A stretch of DNA of 20,662 bases from a virus (IMGVR_UViG_2547132273_000013); one strand, 5' to 3'; positions 1 to 10,526 are shown, numbered from the stretch's first letter. Made by a program: numbers and translations. Notes: generated by a model from the sequence alone, not told the origin.

Positions 1-19
1 AAACCGAGGTTTTGGATAA
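1..19. other. Partial gix-like site-specific recombination (DNA invertase crossover) site, truncated by the window edge
   Basis: Bases 1-19 (AAACCGAGGTTTTGGATAA) match the AAACC-NN-GGTTT core plus right half-site of Gin/Hin/Cin-family sites as I recall them (Mu gix about TTCCTGTAAACCGAGGTTTTGGATAA). It lies inside the tail-fibre reading frame, at the position where Mu's constant S region meets the invertible G segment. Confidence 0.6.
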
Positions 20-515
20 ACAGCGGCTTATTGGGAATATCTGCTCCGTTCCGGTCTTTTGCCAGACGGGCATTGGCATTATCCATCGCAATTTTCACCG
101 CTTTTGCGGTGGCTGCCAGCGTTTCACTGGGGCTGTCAGTGGCACTGGTTAGCTGAACGAGTCCTTTTTTGTTCAGGCTGGCATCATAGATATCCAGATT
201 TTCACGTGCTGTACGCTGTGCTGATGCCCCGGCAGTTTTAATTTCGCTGAGGTTATTTTTTATCAGCAGCGCGTTATTGCTCATAATGGCTTTAATGGAC
301 AGTGCAAGCTGGTTTAATTTCGTTTTATCCGGTTGAATACCGGCTTCTTCCAGCGTGTTTAATAACTCCGCCTGCACAATATTAAACCAGTCCATGCCGG
401 GCCATGTGATAACATTATTCCCGTCACCTTCTGAAAACCAGCGAACGATAGCACTACGCTGGGCGGATACGGGCGGCATGACGGTTACGCCGCTGTCGTT
501 ATCAATATAAAACAT
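1..515 (-). CDS. S: Tail fibre protein, N-terminal constant part (Mu S-like); partial, continues beyond the window's left edge
   Basis: Minus-strand frame opens at ATG 513-515 and runs to position 1 without a stop. Translation begins MFYIDNDSGVTVMPPVSAQRSAIVRWFSEGDG and contains KGLVQLTSATDSPSETLAATAKAVK, a motif typical of P2 gpH / Mu S tail-fibre N-termini. Start overlaps the upstream gene stop (TAATG). Not in the ORF track because it has no in-window stop. Confidence 0.8.
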   Translation of the reverse strand, partial: MFYIDNDSGVTVMPPVSAQRSAIVRWFSEGDGNNVITWPGMDWFNIVQAELLNTLEEAGIQPDKTKLNQLALSIKAIMSNNALLIKNNLSEIKTAGASAQRTARENLDIYDASLNKKGLVQLTSATDSPSETLAATAKAVKIAMDNANARLAKDRNGADIPNKPLFIQNLG

Positions 516-1057
516 TAGTTATCTCCGTCATGGTAAACAAATTTATAAATCTGATGCGCGGGTTTATATTTCTCCAGTAAACATTCCAGCGCACCCGATT
601 CATAAACACGTAACGGCGTCAGAACATTATCCAGCACCGTTGCGTTGCGATAATTTTTAATACCGTAAATATTGACCTGCGTAACCCACTGGCCTTCTGT
701 GGAATCCGTCAGCCTGACGGTAAAACCGTACTGCGCAGCCAGCCATTCATAAAAGCGCCGACTCAGATTGCCGGTCATACGCATTTTATTCGCGGCAGCC
801 CGCTGGCGTTCGGACAGGGTGCCGTTTTCGCTGGTACAGTCCGGCAACCCCAGAAATGATTCCCACTCCCCCAGATACCAGCGGGATGTGGACGGGAAAC
901 GCTCCCGCAGCATTTGCCGCGCATCATCCGCCGCAGTGGCAATCACGTCGCTGATGGCCTGCGCCAGCGCAGATAATTTGCTGTCGGGGCTTTTATTCCA
1001 GGCAAGCCCTGACGGCAGTAATTGCAGAAAGGCCGTCTGATAGGGTGTTACAGCCAT
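515..1057 (-). CDS. R: Baseplate wedge/tail protein, Mu gp48 (R)-like, DUF2313 family
   Basis: 180-aa ORF placed between the baseplate J-like gene and the tail fibre, as in Mu. Start overlaps the upstream gene by 10 nt; stop overlaps the S start. Confidence 0.8.
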   Translation of the reverse strand: MAVTPYQTAFLQLLPSGLAWNKSPDSKLSALAQAISDVIATAADDARQMLRERFPSTSRWYLGEWESFLGLPDCTSENGTLSERQRAAANKMRMTGNLSRRFYEWLAAQYGFTVRLTDSTEGQWVTQVNIYGIKNYRNATVLDNVLTPLRVYESGALECLLEKYKPAHQIYKFVYHDGDN

Positions 1058-2130
1058 TCAATTGTCCCCGGTGTTAACAGTTCCGTATTCTCCGAACGCT
1101 GGATCTCTGTCGGGAAACGCACTTCAAAATCATCCAGACCGGTAACACCTGCCACCGCACGGATAATACGGGAGGGAGCAAGTGCGCCGCCCGGCGTCAC
1201 CTCATTAAAAAACATGGTATTAATGGCGTGGGTAATAGCCTGTTTCAGTTCGGCTGTCTTCGGTGATATATAAATCCGTGGATTTACCGGCTTTGCCTTT
1301 GGCGCAAATACAGTGACATTTACACCGTCAGGCTGTCCGACAATCAGACCGGTGATCGGGTCAGTATGACCGGCGATATAATCCGCCACGCGTTCCACGT
1401 CTGCCGGTTGTGGAAAAATATTGCTCCGGTTATCCATAACAAACGTCACCCCGACTGTGCCACCGCCTTTCCATGTCGGAAAACACCAGGCACGGGTAAC
1501 GCCGCTGACTTCACGTGCCCAGCGAACGTAATCAAACTGATTACCGCCGAACGGAGGGTACTGGACACGATATTCCAGCCGTGACAGCAGCTCCGCTGCA
1601 CTCTCAATATCAGCTCCACCGGAAAACCCTTTTACAGTGATGGCATCGGAAACAACACAGGCAACCGGAGTGATCAACGTTAAAAGGGTATTCTCACCGG
1701 TATTTCCTGCTTCACCGGCAGCCAGTGCGGTAACGGTAATTTCCGTCGTTCCTGCACGGTCAATCACAATGGCATCAGCCAGGCTGTAAACCACACCATC
1801 AGCACGCTGCCAGCGTGTACCGGCAGGAATGGTGGTCGCTGCCGATGTGGTGACAGTCAGCGGGCCGCTGGCGGCTGTCGCCTGTTTGCGGCGCACGCCC
1901 CAGAACCGGCAGTGCTCCAGCAACTCATCTTCATCTGCTGTCGACGGGATAATCTGCCGTCCAACCCATGAAATATGCTCGTGACAACCGGCAGCAAGGC
2001 CCGCCTGAGCATAAGCAATGGCGCTCAGCGTTTTTTCACGGGCCTGAGGCCAGCTACCCGGCAGGCGCTGTTCAATATTCTGTTCTGTACGGGCAATCAG
2101 CGATGATAATGTCGGTGGTGAATAAGCCAT
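1048..2130 (-). CDS. W: Baseplate J-like protein (Mu gp47 / W; P2 gpJ, T4 gp6 class)
   Basis: 360-aa ORF with synteny and size matching baseplate J-family proteins; directly abuts the gp46-like gene. Confidence 0.85.
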   Translation of the reverse strand: MAYSPPTLSSLIARTEQNIEQRLPGSWPQAREKTLSAIAYAQAGLAAGCHEHISWVGRQIIPSTADEDELLEHCRFWGVRRKQATAASGPLTVTTSAATTIPAGTRWQRADGVVYSLADAIVIDRAGTTEITVTALAAGEAGNTGENTLLTLITPVACVVSDAITVKGFSGGADIESAAELLSRLEYRVQYPPFGGNQFDYVRWAREVSGVTRAWCFPTWKGGGTVGVTFVMDNRSNIFPQPADVERVADYIAGHTDPITGLIVGQPDGVNVTVFAPKAKPVNPRIYISPKTAELKQAITHAINTMFFNEVTPGGALAPSRIIRAVAGVTGLDDFEVRFPTEIQRSENTELLTPGTIEWL

Positions 2131-2568
2131 TTAAACCCCGTTAAATGCTGCTTTAAACTCATAAGGAATAACGGAACCATCCGGTAATGTCAGTGCAATG
2201 TAGAGGTATAACCAGCCCTGATGTAACTGTTCCGCTCTGACGTTAATCGCACTTACCCGGCCCGCTGTTTTCAGCCATTCCAGCGCCTCTTCGGCATACC
2301 CTCTGGCGCGTTCCAGCGTATCCGGTGTGGCTTTTTCACGTGATAACAGCCACAACCGCGAACCGATGGGGCGGTCGCGGTAACTGTCCCCCCACCATCC
2401 ACGGCGATCATCTGAACCATCCGGCAGCGTGTCAGAATCCAGCGCGCGCCGGTCGGTAAACAGGGAGATTGTCACATCGGTTGTCAGGCTGTCGTCGGTC
2501 AGCATATCAATGCCATCCTGTGCAATATCGCCGCGCCCGTTCGTCCAGATAATGGCTAAATCGGTCAT
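2131..2568 (-). CDS. V: Baseplate wedge protein, Mu gp46 (V)-like (Phage_GP46 family)
   Basis: 145-aa ORF; 4-nt overlap with the upstream spike gene; position conserved relative to Mu. Confidence 0.8.
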   Translation of the reverse strand: MTDLAIIWTNGRGDIAQDGIDMLTDDSLTTDVTISLFTDRRALDSDTLPDGSDDRRGWWGDSYRDRPIGSRLWLLSREKATPDTLERARGYAEEALEWLKTAGRVSAINVRAEQLHQGWLYLYIALTLPDGSVIPYEFKAAFNGV

Positions 2569-3158
2569 TGCATTGGCCCCGTGGTTCCGCCGCTGTCGCC
2601 ACGGTGGATATGCTTATCCGTCGATTTGCCATTGATGATGGCATCCGGGGCAGTAATATTGCTGTCGAACTGGCTTTTACCTTTAACGCCCAGACCTTTC
2701 TGGATCTCAACGTCGCCGGTAAACGTGGTTCTGGGTGTGTCAACGGTCATACTTTCATCAGCGTAAACCTCGACCGTTTTACAGGTAATGATGCAGCGTC
2801 CGTCCTTTGTCAGCCTGATACGATGCCCCTCATGGTGGTAAATGCCTGCATCACCCGGTTCAAGATTTGTCGGGCGGTAGCGGCGGTCTTCCACCACAAC
2901 AGCAATCCCCTGATCACGTTGTGCGCCTACACAGGCAATCAGCGCCTCTGCGCCCGGCAGGGGAACGCTGAAATGTCCGTAATTTTGCAGGCGCTCCACT
3001 TCATCGGATTCCTCATCATCCAGCAGACCGACCTGCAGGTTCTGAACTTTTCGCCCGTCGTTAATCACGTTAACAACGGCACGCGCAAGCATCAGGCGCA
3101 CACGACGCATCAGCGGTGTCAGCAGGCGGTTCATGGCGGAATCATTTACTCTTTCCAC
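2565..3158 (-). CDS. Q: Baseplate central spike protein (Mu gp45 / Q; P2 gpV-like)
   Basis: 197-aa ORF; C-terminus ...GKSTDKHIHRGDSGGTTGPMQ carries an H-x-H motif of the kind that coordinates metal at spike apexes; lies between the hub-like and gp46-like genes. Confidence 0.8.
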   Translation of the reverse strand: MERVNDSAMNRLLTPLMRRVRLMLARAVVNVINDGRKVQNLQVGLLDDEESDEVERLQNYGHFSVPLPGAEALIACVGAQRDQGIAVVVEDRRYRPTNLEPGDAGIYHHEGHRIRLTKDGRCIITCKTVEVYADESMTVDTPRTTFTGDVEIQKGLGVKGKSQFDSNITAPDAIINGKSTDKHIHRGDSGGTTGPMQ

Positions 3159-4285
3159 GGCGGCGTTTTCTCCGGGTGTCTGCGATAATAATCTTCAACC
3201 AGCGCATCAATACCGCCGTTACTGTCGCCGCCTTTCCTGTTTTTGCGGTCGCTTTCAACCGGCACCAGAAAGCCTTCGCGTGGTACAAGGCTGACGCGGG
3301 TTTTCAGCCCATCCTGGTCATTCAGTATCAGGGTGACTTTGCTGACCAGTAATTCTGTGGTTTTGATGGCATATTTCGAGGCATCAATAGTGACCAGCAG
3401 GTTCGGCATCCAGAGTTGCCCGTCCTTGCGTGTCCATCCGTCAATTTCTGCCTCAAAGGTGATGGATTTTGCCAGTCTGCGGCGTTGCTCACGCAGGGCG
3501 CGGGCCTGTGCATCCTTCGCCGTAATTTTGCTGTCGGCAATGATGATCATCGGTCTGTAACGGGTCACATCACTGTCAGTGGCGGTCCCTTTCCGGGAGA
3601 CGATACTTTTCGCATCAATATCATCACCCTCAGCACCATTTGCGCGGGCATACCCCTTGACGGTGTATTCGCTGAACCGGTCGCGGAAGTCTTCCTCAAA
3701 ATCCAGTGTCAGCAGATTTTCTCCGAGAACCAGCTCATCAGTGGCTGTGCTGGCAGCCCGGCTGAATACCAGCTCTCCGGCGGCATTGCTGGTCATCAGT
3801 ACACCGCGTGCGCGGGAGGCACGCACCAGCGCCTCATAAACGGTTTCTGAATGGTCCAGCGTGAAGCTGGGAAAAACTGCCGAACTTTCCTTATCGGAAA
3901 GCTCCCAGCGAACGGTAACGCCATAAGGGGTGCACAGGTCACGCGCAATCTGCTCCAGTGTGCGGTTTTTCCATTGTCCGCCACTGTAAACGGCAGCACA
4001 GTCAATCAGGTCAGCCGTTTTGTCACGTCCGGCGATAGTGATTTTCATACTGTCAGCGGTCATCTGGCGTCGCCGTGAATCGATATAACCGGTGCAGACA
4101 ATCTGCCCCTCGATTTCCAGCGTGAACTTCTTCCCCGGTGCCAGCCCGGATAAATCCGTGCCCGGTGGCACGTTCACCCCCAGCTCAAAATATCCGGCTA
4201 CGGATTCAATCGAGCGGGTGACAGAGACTGACGTCCAGCCGGTAAAAAGCCTGCCATCCGTTCGCAGCGTGACGGTATTACTCAT
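3146..4285 (-). CDS. P: Baseplate hub protein (Mu gp44 / P; P2 gpD 'late control D' family)
   Basis: 379-aa ORF; start preceded by GAGGTG, a Shine-Dalgarno-like sequence, and overlaps the end of the N-like gene; order N-P-Q as in Mu. Confidence 0.85.
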   Translation of the reverse strand: MSNTVTLRTDGRLFTGWTSVSVTRSIESVAGYFELGVNVPPGTDLSGLAPGKKFTLEIEGQIVCTGYIDSRRRQMTADSMKITIAGRDKTADLIDCAAVYSGGQWKNRTLEQIARDLCTPYGVTVRWELSDKESSAVFPSFTLDHSETVYEALVRASRARGVLMTSNAAGELVFSRAASTATDELVLGENLLTLDFEEDFRDRFSEYTVKGYARANGAEGDDIDAKSIVSRKGTATDSDVTRYRPMIIIADSKITAKDAQARALREQRRRLAKSITFEAEIDGWTRKDGQLWMPNLLVTIDASKYAIKTTELLVSKVTLILNDQDGLKTRVSLVPREGFLVPVESDRKNRKGGDSNGGIDALVEDYYRRHPEKTPPWKE

Positions 4286-5765
4286 TAATCACCTCAATAC
4301 TGACACCACCGGGAACAAACAACGGGTTGCTGATACCGTTCCTGCGGGCCAGCCGTTGCCAGTTCCGGCTGTTTCCGGTGAACCGGTACAGTGCAACCAT
4401 TGCCGGGAGCGTTTCTGGCAGGTGGTGTGATTCACTACCCGCCAGTTGCAGCCCGCGTTTTTCCAGGTCGGCAACAACCAGCAGACGCAGTTGCGTAAGC
4501 TGAACACTGTCTGTCGAAAAACCCTGCTCAGATGCCGTCAGAATGACGCTATCCAGCGCCGCCCCCAGCATGGCAGTGGTTTTTTCGATATCGGACACGC
4601 TTTCAAATACCGGGGGCGTGGCTGTGCTACTGTCTGAAAAGGATACTGGTGAAAAGCCGCCGTCCGGGGTTATCCCGGTTAACTGCAACTGGCTTTGTGT
4701 GACCGTGGACGATGTGCTGCTGGCACCACTGGCGATGCCGGTTGTTGTGACTGATACATCCAGCACTGGTGCGCGGGCGGCATTATCCATCTGACGGCTG
4801 GAATCCAGTGCCGCAGTCAGTGCCTGGCTTGCTGCCTCCGCCCGGTATGTCTGTGCTGCTGCCAGCATGACGTAGTTCAGTGTGGCAATATTTTTTTCTG
4901 CAACCGGGCTGCTGTATGAAGTGGTAATGGCACCTTGTCTGTCAGTGGTGGAGACATGTCGGCTTTCGAACCGCTGCGCCAGACGGTTCCAGGTGGAAAA
5001 TGCTGTCCGGGTATCGCATAACGATGAAACGCCGGATAACGCCCCCATCAGTGAAGATGTCAGCATGGCTGGTTTATTTATCAGGCCGGTCACAGAACCT
5101 TTCATTGCAGAAAGTGCCCCCATCAGGCCGCTGACAGTCTGGGTGATCCCCAGATTATCCACTGCATCACAGATATCATCGATGACACCGGTGACAGCAT
5201 CCATTACGGCTGTTGCCGCCGCTGTGCCATCTTTTACGGTCTGCCAGACAGAGGACAACGTATCCCCCAGCGAACCGGTTACAGCAACGGCCTGCGCAGA
5301 TACGGCTGTACTGGTGTCTGTTTCTGCGTCCGGGGCTGTATCCTGCAACGACGGATAAACGGTAACGGTGAACGCGTAATAATTCAGTTCATCCGCTTTA
5401 GTACGGCATTCCCATGAATCCACCATGACGTCCACAGTGCCGAACTCTGGATGCACCAGTTCGCCGCTGCCCGGTGCATCAAGAGCATCCATCAGCGCAC
5501 CCGCTTCATCTCTGGCAGTCTCTGCGTTGCTGTTCAGAATGCAGATGCTGAATGTGCGGGAGCGAAGTTTTTTCCCCAGGTCATTGACACCGCCGGTATC
5601 ACGTAACGGGTACTCGCGTTTAACCAGACGACGTCCGCCAGCCTGTTTTTGCTCCTCAATGACGAGAAACGGCACGTTACGGAACGTGCCTTTGCCGGTT
5701 GTTTTCTTACCACCGCCGATTTTATCCCGGACAGAATTAACGGCATTTAAAGCATCTTCAAACAT
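4278..5765 (-). CDS. N: DNA circularisation protein N-like (Mu gp43), baseplate hub-associated
   Basis: 495-aa ORF immediately downstream of the tape measure gene; Ser/Thr-rich central region; synteny with Mu N. Confidence 0.8.
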   Translation of the reverse strand: MFEDALNAVNSVRDKIGGGKKTTGKGTFRNVPFLVIEEQKQAGGRRLVKREYPLRDTGGVNDLGKKLRSRTFSICILNSNAETARDEAGALMDALDAPGSGELVHPEFGTVDVMVDSWECRTKADELNYYAFTVTVYPSLQDTAPDAETDTSTAVSAQAVAVTGSLGDTLSSVWQTVKDGTAAATAVMDAVTGVIDDICDAVDNLGITQTVSGLMGALSAMKGSVTGLINKPAMLTSSLMGALSGVSSLCDTRTAFSTWNRLAQRFESRHVSTTDRQGAITTSYSSPVAEKNIATLNYVMLAAAQTYRAEAASQALTAALDSSRQMDNAARAPVLDVSVTTTGIASGASSTSSTVTQSQLQLTGITPDGGFSPVSFSDSSTATPPVFESVSDIEKTTAMLGAALDSVILTASEQGFSTDSVQLTQLRLLVVADLEKRGLQLAGSESHHLPETLPAMVALYRFTGNSRNWQRLARRNGISNPLFVPGGVSIEVINE

Positions 5766-5769
5766 GGTT

Positions 5770-7881
5770 TTACCAGCCTGTAATGTAGTTATCGCCCGCG
5801 TAAATATTCAGCCCCATACCATCCTCGGTGACGCGGGAACTGGTCAGACGTAATCCTTCGCCAAGCTCGACGCGCAGCGATGCTTCCGCATTCACTTTTT
5901 GCTCCTGCGGTTCCCTTTCCGGGGCCGTCCATTTCTGATACAGGTCAGTCACAAAACCGCCCAGATATTCCCCGGCGACACTGCCCAGCGTGGCACCGGC
6001 AACCGTGCCCAGCGGTCCGGCAAGGCTGCCAACGGCACCGCCGAGCCAGGCGCCGGCAGTGCTGCCAATTGCTCCGGCTTTTTCATGAGTTGATGCCTGT
6101 TCATCCATCAGAACGGGAGCAAGCTGGAGTGCCCCCATCACCGGACCGCCAAGACGTGACAGTGCACGACCCGCGCCTTTCCCCATCCAGCCCAGCGCCC
6201 CGGCCCCTTTTGTCACAACCCGACCAATGGCACTGTCTGCGAGTTTGTTTCCGATACCGGAAAACAACCCGCCAACGGTACGACCGGCACCAGCCAGCTT
6301 TCCGATTGTTCCCGTAACCAGTTGTCCGGCAGCACTGCCTGCAAGCCTGCTCAACAGACCGGATTTGCCGGGTAAAGGTAACGATGCGTGCCGTGTGGCA
6401 CCCGGCGCACCGGGAGATGGCAATGCCAGTACCGGGGACGGTGCAGGTAATGCCAGTGGTTTCGGTGCTGGTAATGCGGGAACAGTGCGTGGGGCCGGAA
6501 GTGCCAGCGGTTGTAGCCCGGACAGCAATAACGGCTGGCGGGGCAATGCTGCCGGTGTTTTACCTCCGTATCGGGAAAATCCGCCATATCCACCGAACCC
6601 GTTGGGCCAGTTAGTCACAAAAACGCGCTGAACTGTCAGTTCCCGCAGTAGTTCTGTAGCAGGTAGCGCATCCGGTGCCGGAATGCCTGTCTGTCCATGT
6701 TTGCGTTTTCGCATCCAGCGCCACATACGACGCCCGGTTTTGAACGGATAGCTGGCAACCTGCCATGATGGCTTCGCCACGGCCCAGCCCGCCCTCAGTG
6801 CTTTATTGGCAAGCCAGACAGACACCAGAACAGCAGCCAGTTTTTTCAGGCTGACAATATTCTGGTCAACCCATGCCAGCGCATCTTTACCCGGTTTCAG
6901 CCAGCGCCATAACTCCTGTGCCGCAGCTTTCAGGGTTCTGAATGTGGTCAGGAATTTCTGACCAATTTCATCAGCCCGTTTATCAAGCTCCCCGGATTTA
7001 TCCGCCGCATCGTGCCAGTTAAGCACCCGGCGCATCTCATTCTTGATTTCTTCAAAAGGGCCGCTGTTCATCACCCTGACGGCAAACTCGTTCCAGTTAG
7101 CCTCCATCTGTGCCGTCATCCCTGACCACGAGTTCATGGCTGCGGCCTGTGCGCCTTTTGATTGTTCTGACAGCGCCCTGAATACCATCAGGATCGACTT
7201 CAGCCCCAGTTTGCCTTTTTCCCCTTGCTTTCGGATTTCCTTAACGTCTTTACCCAGCGCATCAGCCAGTGTCTGGTAAACGTTGATACCGTAGCCGGTC
7301 AGCAGGTTGGCATCTGCCGCTGTGATTTGCTGGCGGGCGAACATCTGTTTCAGTTGCAGCGAGGCCCCCTGCGCAGCAGATAAATCCCAACCGTGTAATG
7401 CCCCCTGATCCTGCAACATGGTGATGAACTGCTTTGTCTGTTCATCCGTCATGCCAAAGCCTTTCGACGAGCGAATTTCATCCAGAACGCCGCCCAGCCC
7501 CCACGTGGTATCCTTCGCGTTCTGCTTCGCCCATGCCATCATTGCCTGCGCTCTGGCCTTATCGCCGTGATACAGCGAGTTCATGGCTATAATCTGCTGC
7601 TCACGTTGAGCTGCTGCGCTGATAAACAGTTTATTGGCGGTGTAACCCGCCCCGGCAACACCCAGCGCCCCGGCTGACAGCATTCGGAATGTACGGGTTG
7701 AGAGAGAACCCATTTTGTCGATGGCACCAGACACGCGCACCACTTCCATACGCAGGGCACGCAGGGAACTTTGCCCACTACGGGACAGGGCGTTTATCTG
7801 GTTCGAATACTGGCGGGAACGCCGGGAAAGATTGCCATTAAGGTCAATAATGACTGACGCTTTTAAGCGTTTCCCGGTCAT
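5770..7881 (-). CDS. Y: Tail tape measure protein (Mu gp42 / Y-like)
   Basis: 703-aa ORF, the largest in the tail module. Alpha-helical-type N-terminal half, internal proline-rich degenerate repeats (LPAP...), glycine-zipper-rich C-terminal region. AGGAAA precedes the ATG at 7879-7881. Confidence 0.9.
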   Translation of the reverse strand: MTGKRLKASVIIDLNGNLSRRSRQYSNQINALSRSGQSSLRALRMEVVRVSGAIDKMGSLSTRTFRMLSAGALGVAGAGYTANKLFISAAAQREQQIIAMNSLYHGDKARAQAMMAWAKQNAKDTTWGLGGVLDEIRSSKGFGMTDEQTKQFITMLQDQGALHGWDLSAAQGASLQLKQMFARQQITAADANLLTGYGINVYQTLADALGKDVKEIRKQGEKGKLGLKSILMVFRALSEQSKGAQAAAMNSWSGMTAQMEANWNEFAVRVMNSGPFEEIKNEMRRVLNWHDAADKSGELDKRADEIGQKFLTTFRTLKAAAQELWRWLKPGKDALAWVDQNIVSLKKLAAVLVSVWLANKALRAGWAVAKPSWQVASYPFKTGRRMWRWMRKRKHGQTGIPAPDALPATELLRELTVQRVFVTNWPNGFGGYGGFSRYGGKTPAALPRQPLLLSGLQPLALPAPRTVPALPAPKPLALPAPSPVLALPSPGAPGATRHASLPLPGKSGLLSRLAGSAAGQLVTGTIGKLAGAGRTVGGLFSGIGNKLADSAIGRVVTKGAGALGWMGKGAGRALSRLGGPVMGALQLAPVLMDEQASTHEKAGAIGSTAGAWLGGAVGSLAGPLGTVAGATLGSVAGEYLGGFVTDLYQKWTAPEREPQEQKVNAEASLRVELGEGLRLTSSRVTEDGMGLNIYAGDNYITGW
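6371..6519 (-). repeat. Degenerate tandem repeat of about 24-27 bp inside the tape measure gene, encoding L-P-A-P-type repeats
   Basis: Plus strand shows repeated ggtaatgccagt-like units (ggcaatgccagtaccgg / ggtaatgccagtggttt / ggtaatgcgggaac / ggaagtgccagcgg). Protein reads [39 protein letters not shown]. Confidence 0.7.
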
Positions 7882-8025
7882 AGATATTTCCTGATTTAAC
7901 GGTGATATTGAGAGAGGGTTTTAGCCTGCTGGCAGTGCCGGAAAAAGCGGGACAGCGGGAGAGACAAGGCCCATTCCGGGCCACTTTTCAGAATAACGCC
8001 AATCGCTGTCGCCGCTTTCTCAATA

Positions 8026-8460
8026 TCATTCCGGCACCGCAGCCACTCGCCCCCGTTCTTGCGTCAGCGATGCCGCCACAGCCATGTCGTGCATCTCTGT
8101 AGCCAGCGACAGACGCTGGAAGTCATCAACAGACAGCTTGCGCATCAGCGCCAGCGATAACGGGCCTTTGATGCAACCCACGCTGGCAATCTGTCGGCGC
8201 AGCATTTCCAGTCCCATCCGGGACGGGGAACTGACCAGCACCGGACCTTCCTTGCTCATTACCAGCTTTTCAGCAGCCGCCTGGGCATCAATCAGATCGC
8301 CTGCGGTTAGTTCACGCAGTGTCACGTCATACTGCATTTCAGTCTCGTCACCGGTGCCGAACGGCAGGCCGTCTTTCAGTTTCAGCCCACCGGACTGAAG
8401 CTCAGCTACAATACTGTCACGCAGTTCCTGTGCTTCAGGACTTAAATTCATTTCGTCCAT
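8026..8460 (-). CDS. Tail assembly chaperone-like protein (Mu gp41-like)
   Basis: 144-aa acidic ORF between tail tube and tape measure genes, the conserved position of tail assembly chaperones. Followed by a 144-bp gap before the tape measure start. Confidence 0.65.
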   Translation of the reverse strand: MDEMNLSPEAQELRDSIVAELQSGGLKLKDGLPFGTGDETEMQYDVTLRELTAGDLIDAQAAAEKLVMSKEGPVLVSSPSRMGLEMLRRQIASVGCIKGPLSLALMRKLSVDDFQRLSLATEMHDMAVAASLTQERGRVAAVPE

Positions 8461-8469
8461 TGTTTCCCC

Positions 8470-8826
8470 TTATGCAATGCGTTTGCTTTGTTTTGCCATC
8501 AGTACCAGCGAAATTTCGCCGCCGTCGTTTTTCGGTTCATCTGCCTGCCAGGCATTCGCCATCATCCAGGTTTCACCGGTGTCTGCCTGAAACTCTGCCG
8601 TGATGTTTTCCCAGCCGATGATTTCATCCAGACCGATATCACCACCGCCCGGAATTTTGCATTCCAGCTTTGCGGCACGAGGTTTACCTTTCCAGCCATA
8701 AACCCGCGAGCCGGTCACTTCTTCACGGGTGATGCCGGAAGGCGTGAAGGAGGCGCCTTCCATCGTTTCAAGCTCCATGCCATTGACACGGATGAACGCC
8801 ACCCCCTGACGCTGATTTCCAGCCAT
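8470..8826 (-). CDS. M: Tail tube protein (Mu gp40 / M-like)
   Basis: 118-aa ORF directly downstream of the sheath gene; strong Shine-Dalgarno sequence AAGGAG 6 nt upstream of the ATG. Confidence 0.85.
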   Translation of the reverse strand: MAGNQRQGVAFIRVNGMELETMEGASFTPSGITREEVTGSRVYGWKGKPRAAKLECKIPGGGDIGLDEIIGWENITAEFQADTGETWMMANAWQADEPKNDGGEISLVLMAKQSKRIA

Positions 8827-8835
8827 AAATGCTCC

Positions 8836-10323
8836 TTACAGAATGAACTGAACTTGTGCCGCGAAAATGCGGAACTGGTTAATCAGATTCGGGCCGCACA
8901 GCACATCAAGGCGGTCTTTGTCGTCCTTGTTACGTGCCACATACAGCTCCTCTTTGAACGTGTCGAAATCCTCGACCAGTCCGGCGTTTTCCCATTCTTC
9001 AAACAGTGCCAGCAGCTCCGTTTTGATCACGGATGGCGTCACCACGGCCTGACCGGTGGCAAAGCGGGTGCCATCACTTGCCAGCTTGTAGTTCGGGAAT
9101 TTCTGCGTGATGCGGGTTCGCAGTGAATAACGCAGATAACTCAGCGTGGCGATGGTATTCACGTTCAGATAAGACGGATCACTGTCACCGTACTTGTTTG
9201 TGCGGTACATCGTGATCATGCGTTCAATCTGCATTTCACCACCATCATTCACGTTAAACGTGGAGATGCCGTCAAACAGCAGCGCATTACGTTCTGACCA
9301 AGTGAAACGATCCCCCACCGCAGGCGGCATTCTTCCGGGCAACGTCAGCGTCTGGAGAGGACGCGCCGGGTCGATGGAAAGCGCCTGGCTGGCAACGGCA
9401 CACAGTGTGGCGGCGTACAGATATGACGGTTCCGGTGCACCGGCAATCCCCATACAGGAGATCAGATGGTCGTTACGACTGACACCAAACGTGGAAATAT
9501 CCCCATACGTGCCGGACAGCACTGTCACGGCAAAGCCATCAGCCTGATTGACCGGTCCCCAGCGTTCCTGCAATTCAGTGCGTAACAGATTCAGGTTCGG
9601 TTCATCGGTATAGGGCATCACAATATATTTGTATTGCAGATCGCCCATTCCCGCGATACTTGCGCTGATATCCGGGTTGCCATTTTTCCCGGAGGCGGCT
9701 TTGAATGCCGTGATAATCCCGTAAGGGGTGGTTTCACCCGCGTAATAGTTCCAGCGCACATCCACGGCAGATAATGCACCCGTAAATTTTGCACTCAGAA
9801 CCACATCTGCATGGGTGTCATCATCCCCGCTGTCTGCGCGAACTTCTGCCGTCACCGGTAAATCAGGCTGGCCTTTGATTCGGGCAACCAGCAGGTCAGC
9901 CAGCGCCGCTCCCGTTGCACCTGCTGCGACAGATACCGCCAGTCGCTGACCGGCAATGTAAGTCACAAGCGAGCCGTTTTCGCCTGCCGTTCCTGACAGT
10001 GAAATTTCACCGACAGCAGCATTACCGGTGCCGTTCCCCTGCGGAATACACCACAGCTCCGCCACGCGGTTAGCGTTCAGGAATGCATCTGCCATCAGTG
10101 CCAGCATGGAACCCTGACCAAACGCCGCACTGGCCTGTGAGCCGGAACGGATACGGACAGGCACGTTTGGTGCCGCACTGGCTTTACTTCCGCTTTGCCC
10201 GAACATCAGCACGCGCTGACGGGGTGCCGGTGTTCCGCTGACGGCATTACTGTTATCAAATTCGATATACGTCAGAGGAACGCGAACATCTGACGGGATC
10301 GCGTTAAATGAAATATCGCTCAT
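8836..10323 (-). CDS. L: Contractile tail sheath protein (Mu gp39 / L-like)
   Basis: 495-aa ORF; size and position (sheath-tube-chaperone-tape measure) typical of myovirus tail modules; ATGA overlap with the upstream gene. Confidence 0.9.
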
Positions 10324-10526
10324 TTCGATTTACTCCGTTTTTTCGGCGCAGTGTCGGTATCATCCGCCGTGTTTTCGGTGCTCCCGACTTCAACCACATC
10401 ACCGGCTGCAAGGCGACGTATCCAGAAACTGTTACGGGGCTTTTCTTCTCCCTCCGGAGCCAGTAATTTCATCGTGAGCGGGTCACGGATGGCTTTTCCC
10501 GCTGCGGGTTTAATTTTCAGCATCAT
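10320..10526 (-). CDS. Small protein, Mu gp38 (K)-like (DUF2635-type)
   Basis: 68-aa ORF with a Lys-rich C-terminus, immediately upstream of and coupled to the sheath gene; position matches Mu gp38. Confidence 0.6.

Noticed and set aside
2568-2600. GDSGG and RGD motifs at the spike C-terminus as signs of serine-protease or integrin-binding function
   Set aside because: Short motifs in a protein with a clear spike context; more simply explained as part of the metal-binding apex. No protease-fold-sized domain is present.
2568-3188. 206-aa plus-strand ORF antisense to the spike gene (similar cases at 8488-9126 and 15414-15995)
   Set aside because: Antisense to strongly supported structural genes with conserved synteny; no start context; typical spurious antisense ORFs.
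4286-4450. Search for a second late-promoter-like C-rich motif upstream of the P-like gene (Mu P_P equivalent) inside the N coding sequence
   Set aside because: N and P overlap, so any promoter must be embedded in coding sequence. I found no convincing copy of the G-I gap motifs by eye and cannot support a call without alignment to Mu.
6351-6593. His-rich 80-aa minus-strand ORF in an alternative frame
   Set aside because: Lies entirely inside the tape measure gene's repeat region; the odd composition is a by-product of the repeats read in another frame.
7902-8102. 66-aa plus-strand ORF in the gp41-tape measure gap
   Set aside because: Wrong strand relative to the operon, GTG start with no ribosome-binding site, and overlaps the end of the gp41-like gene.
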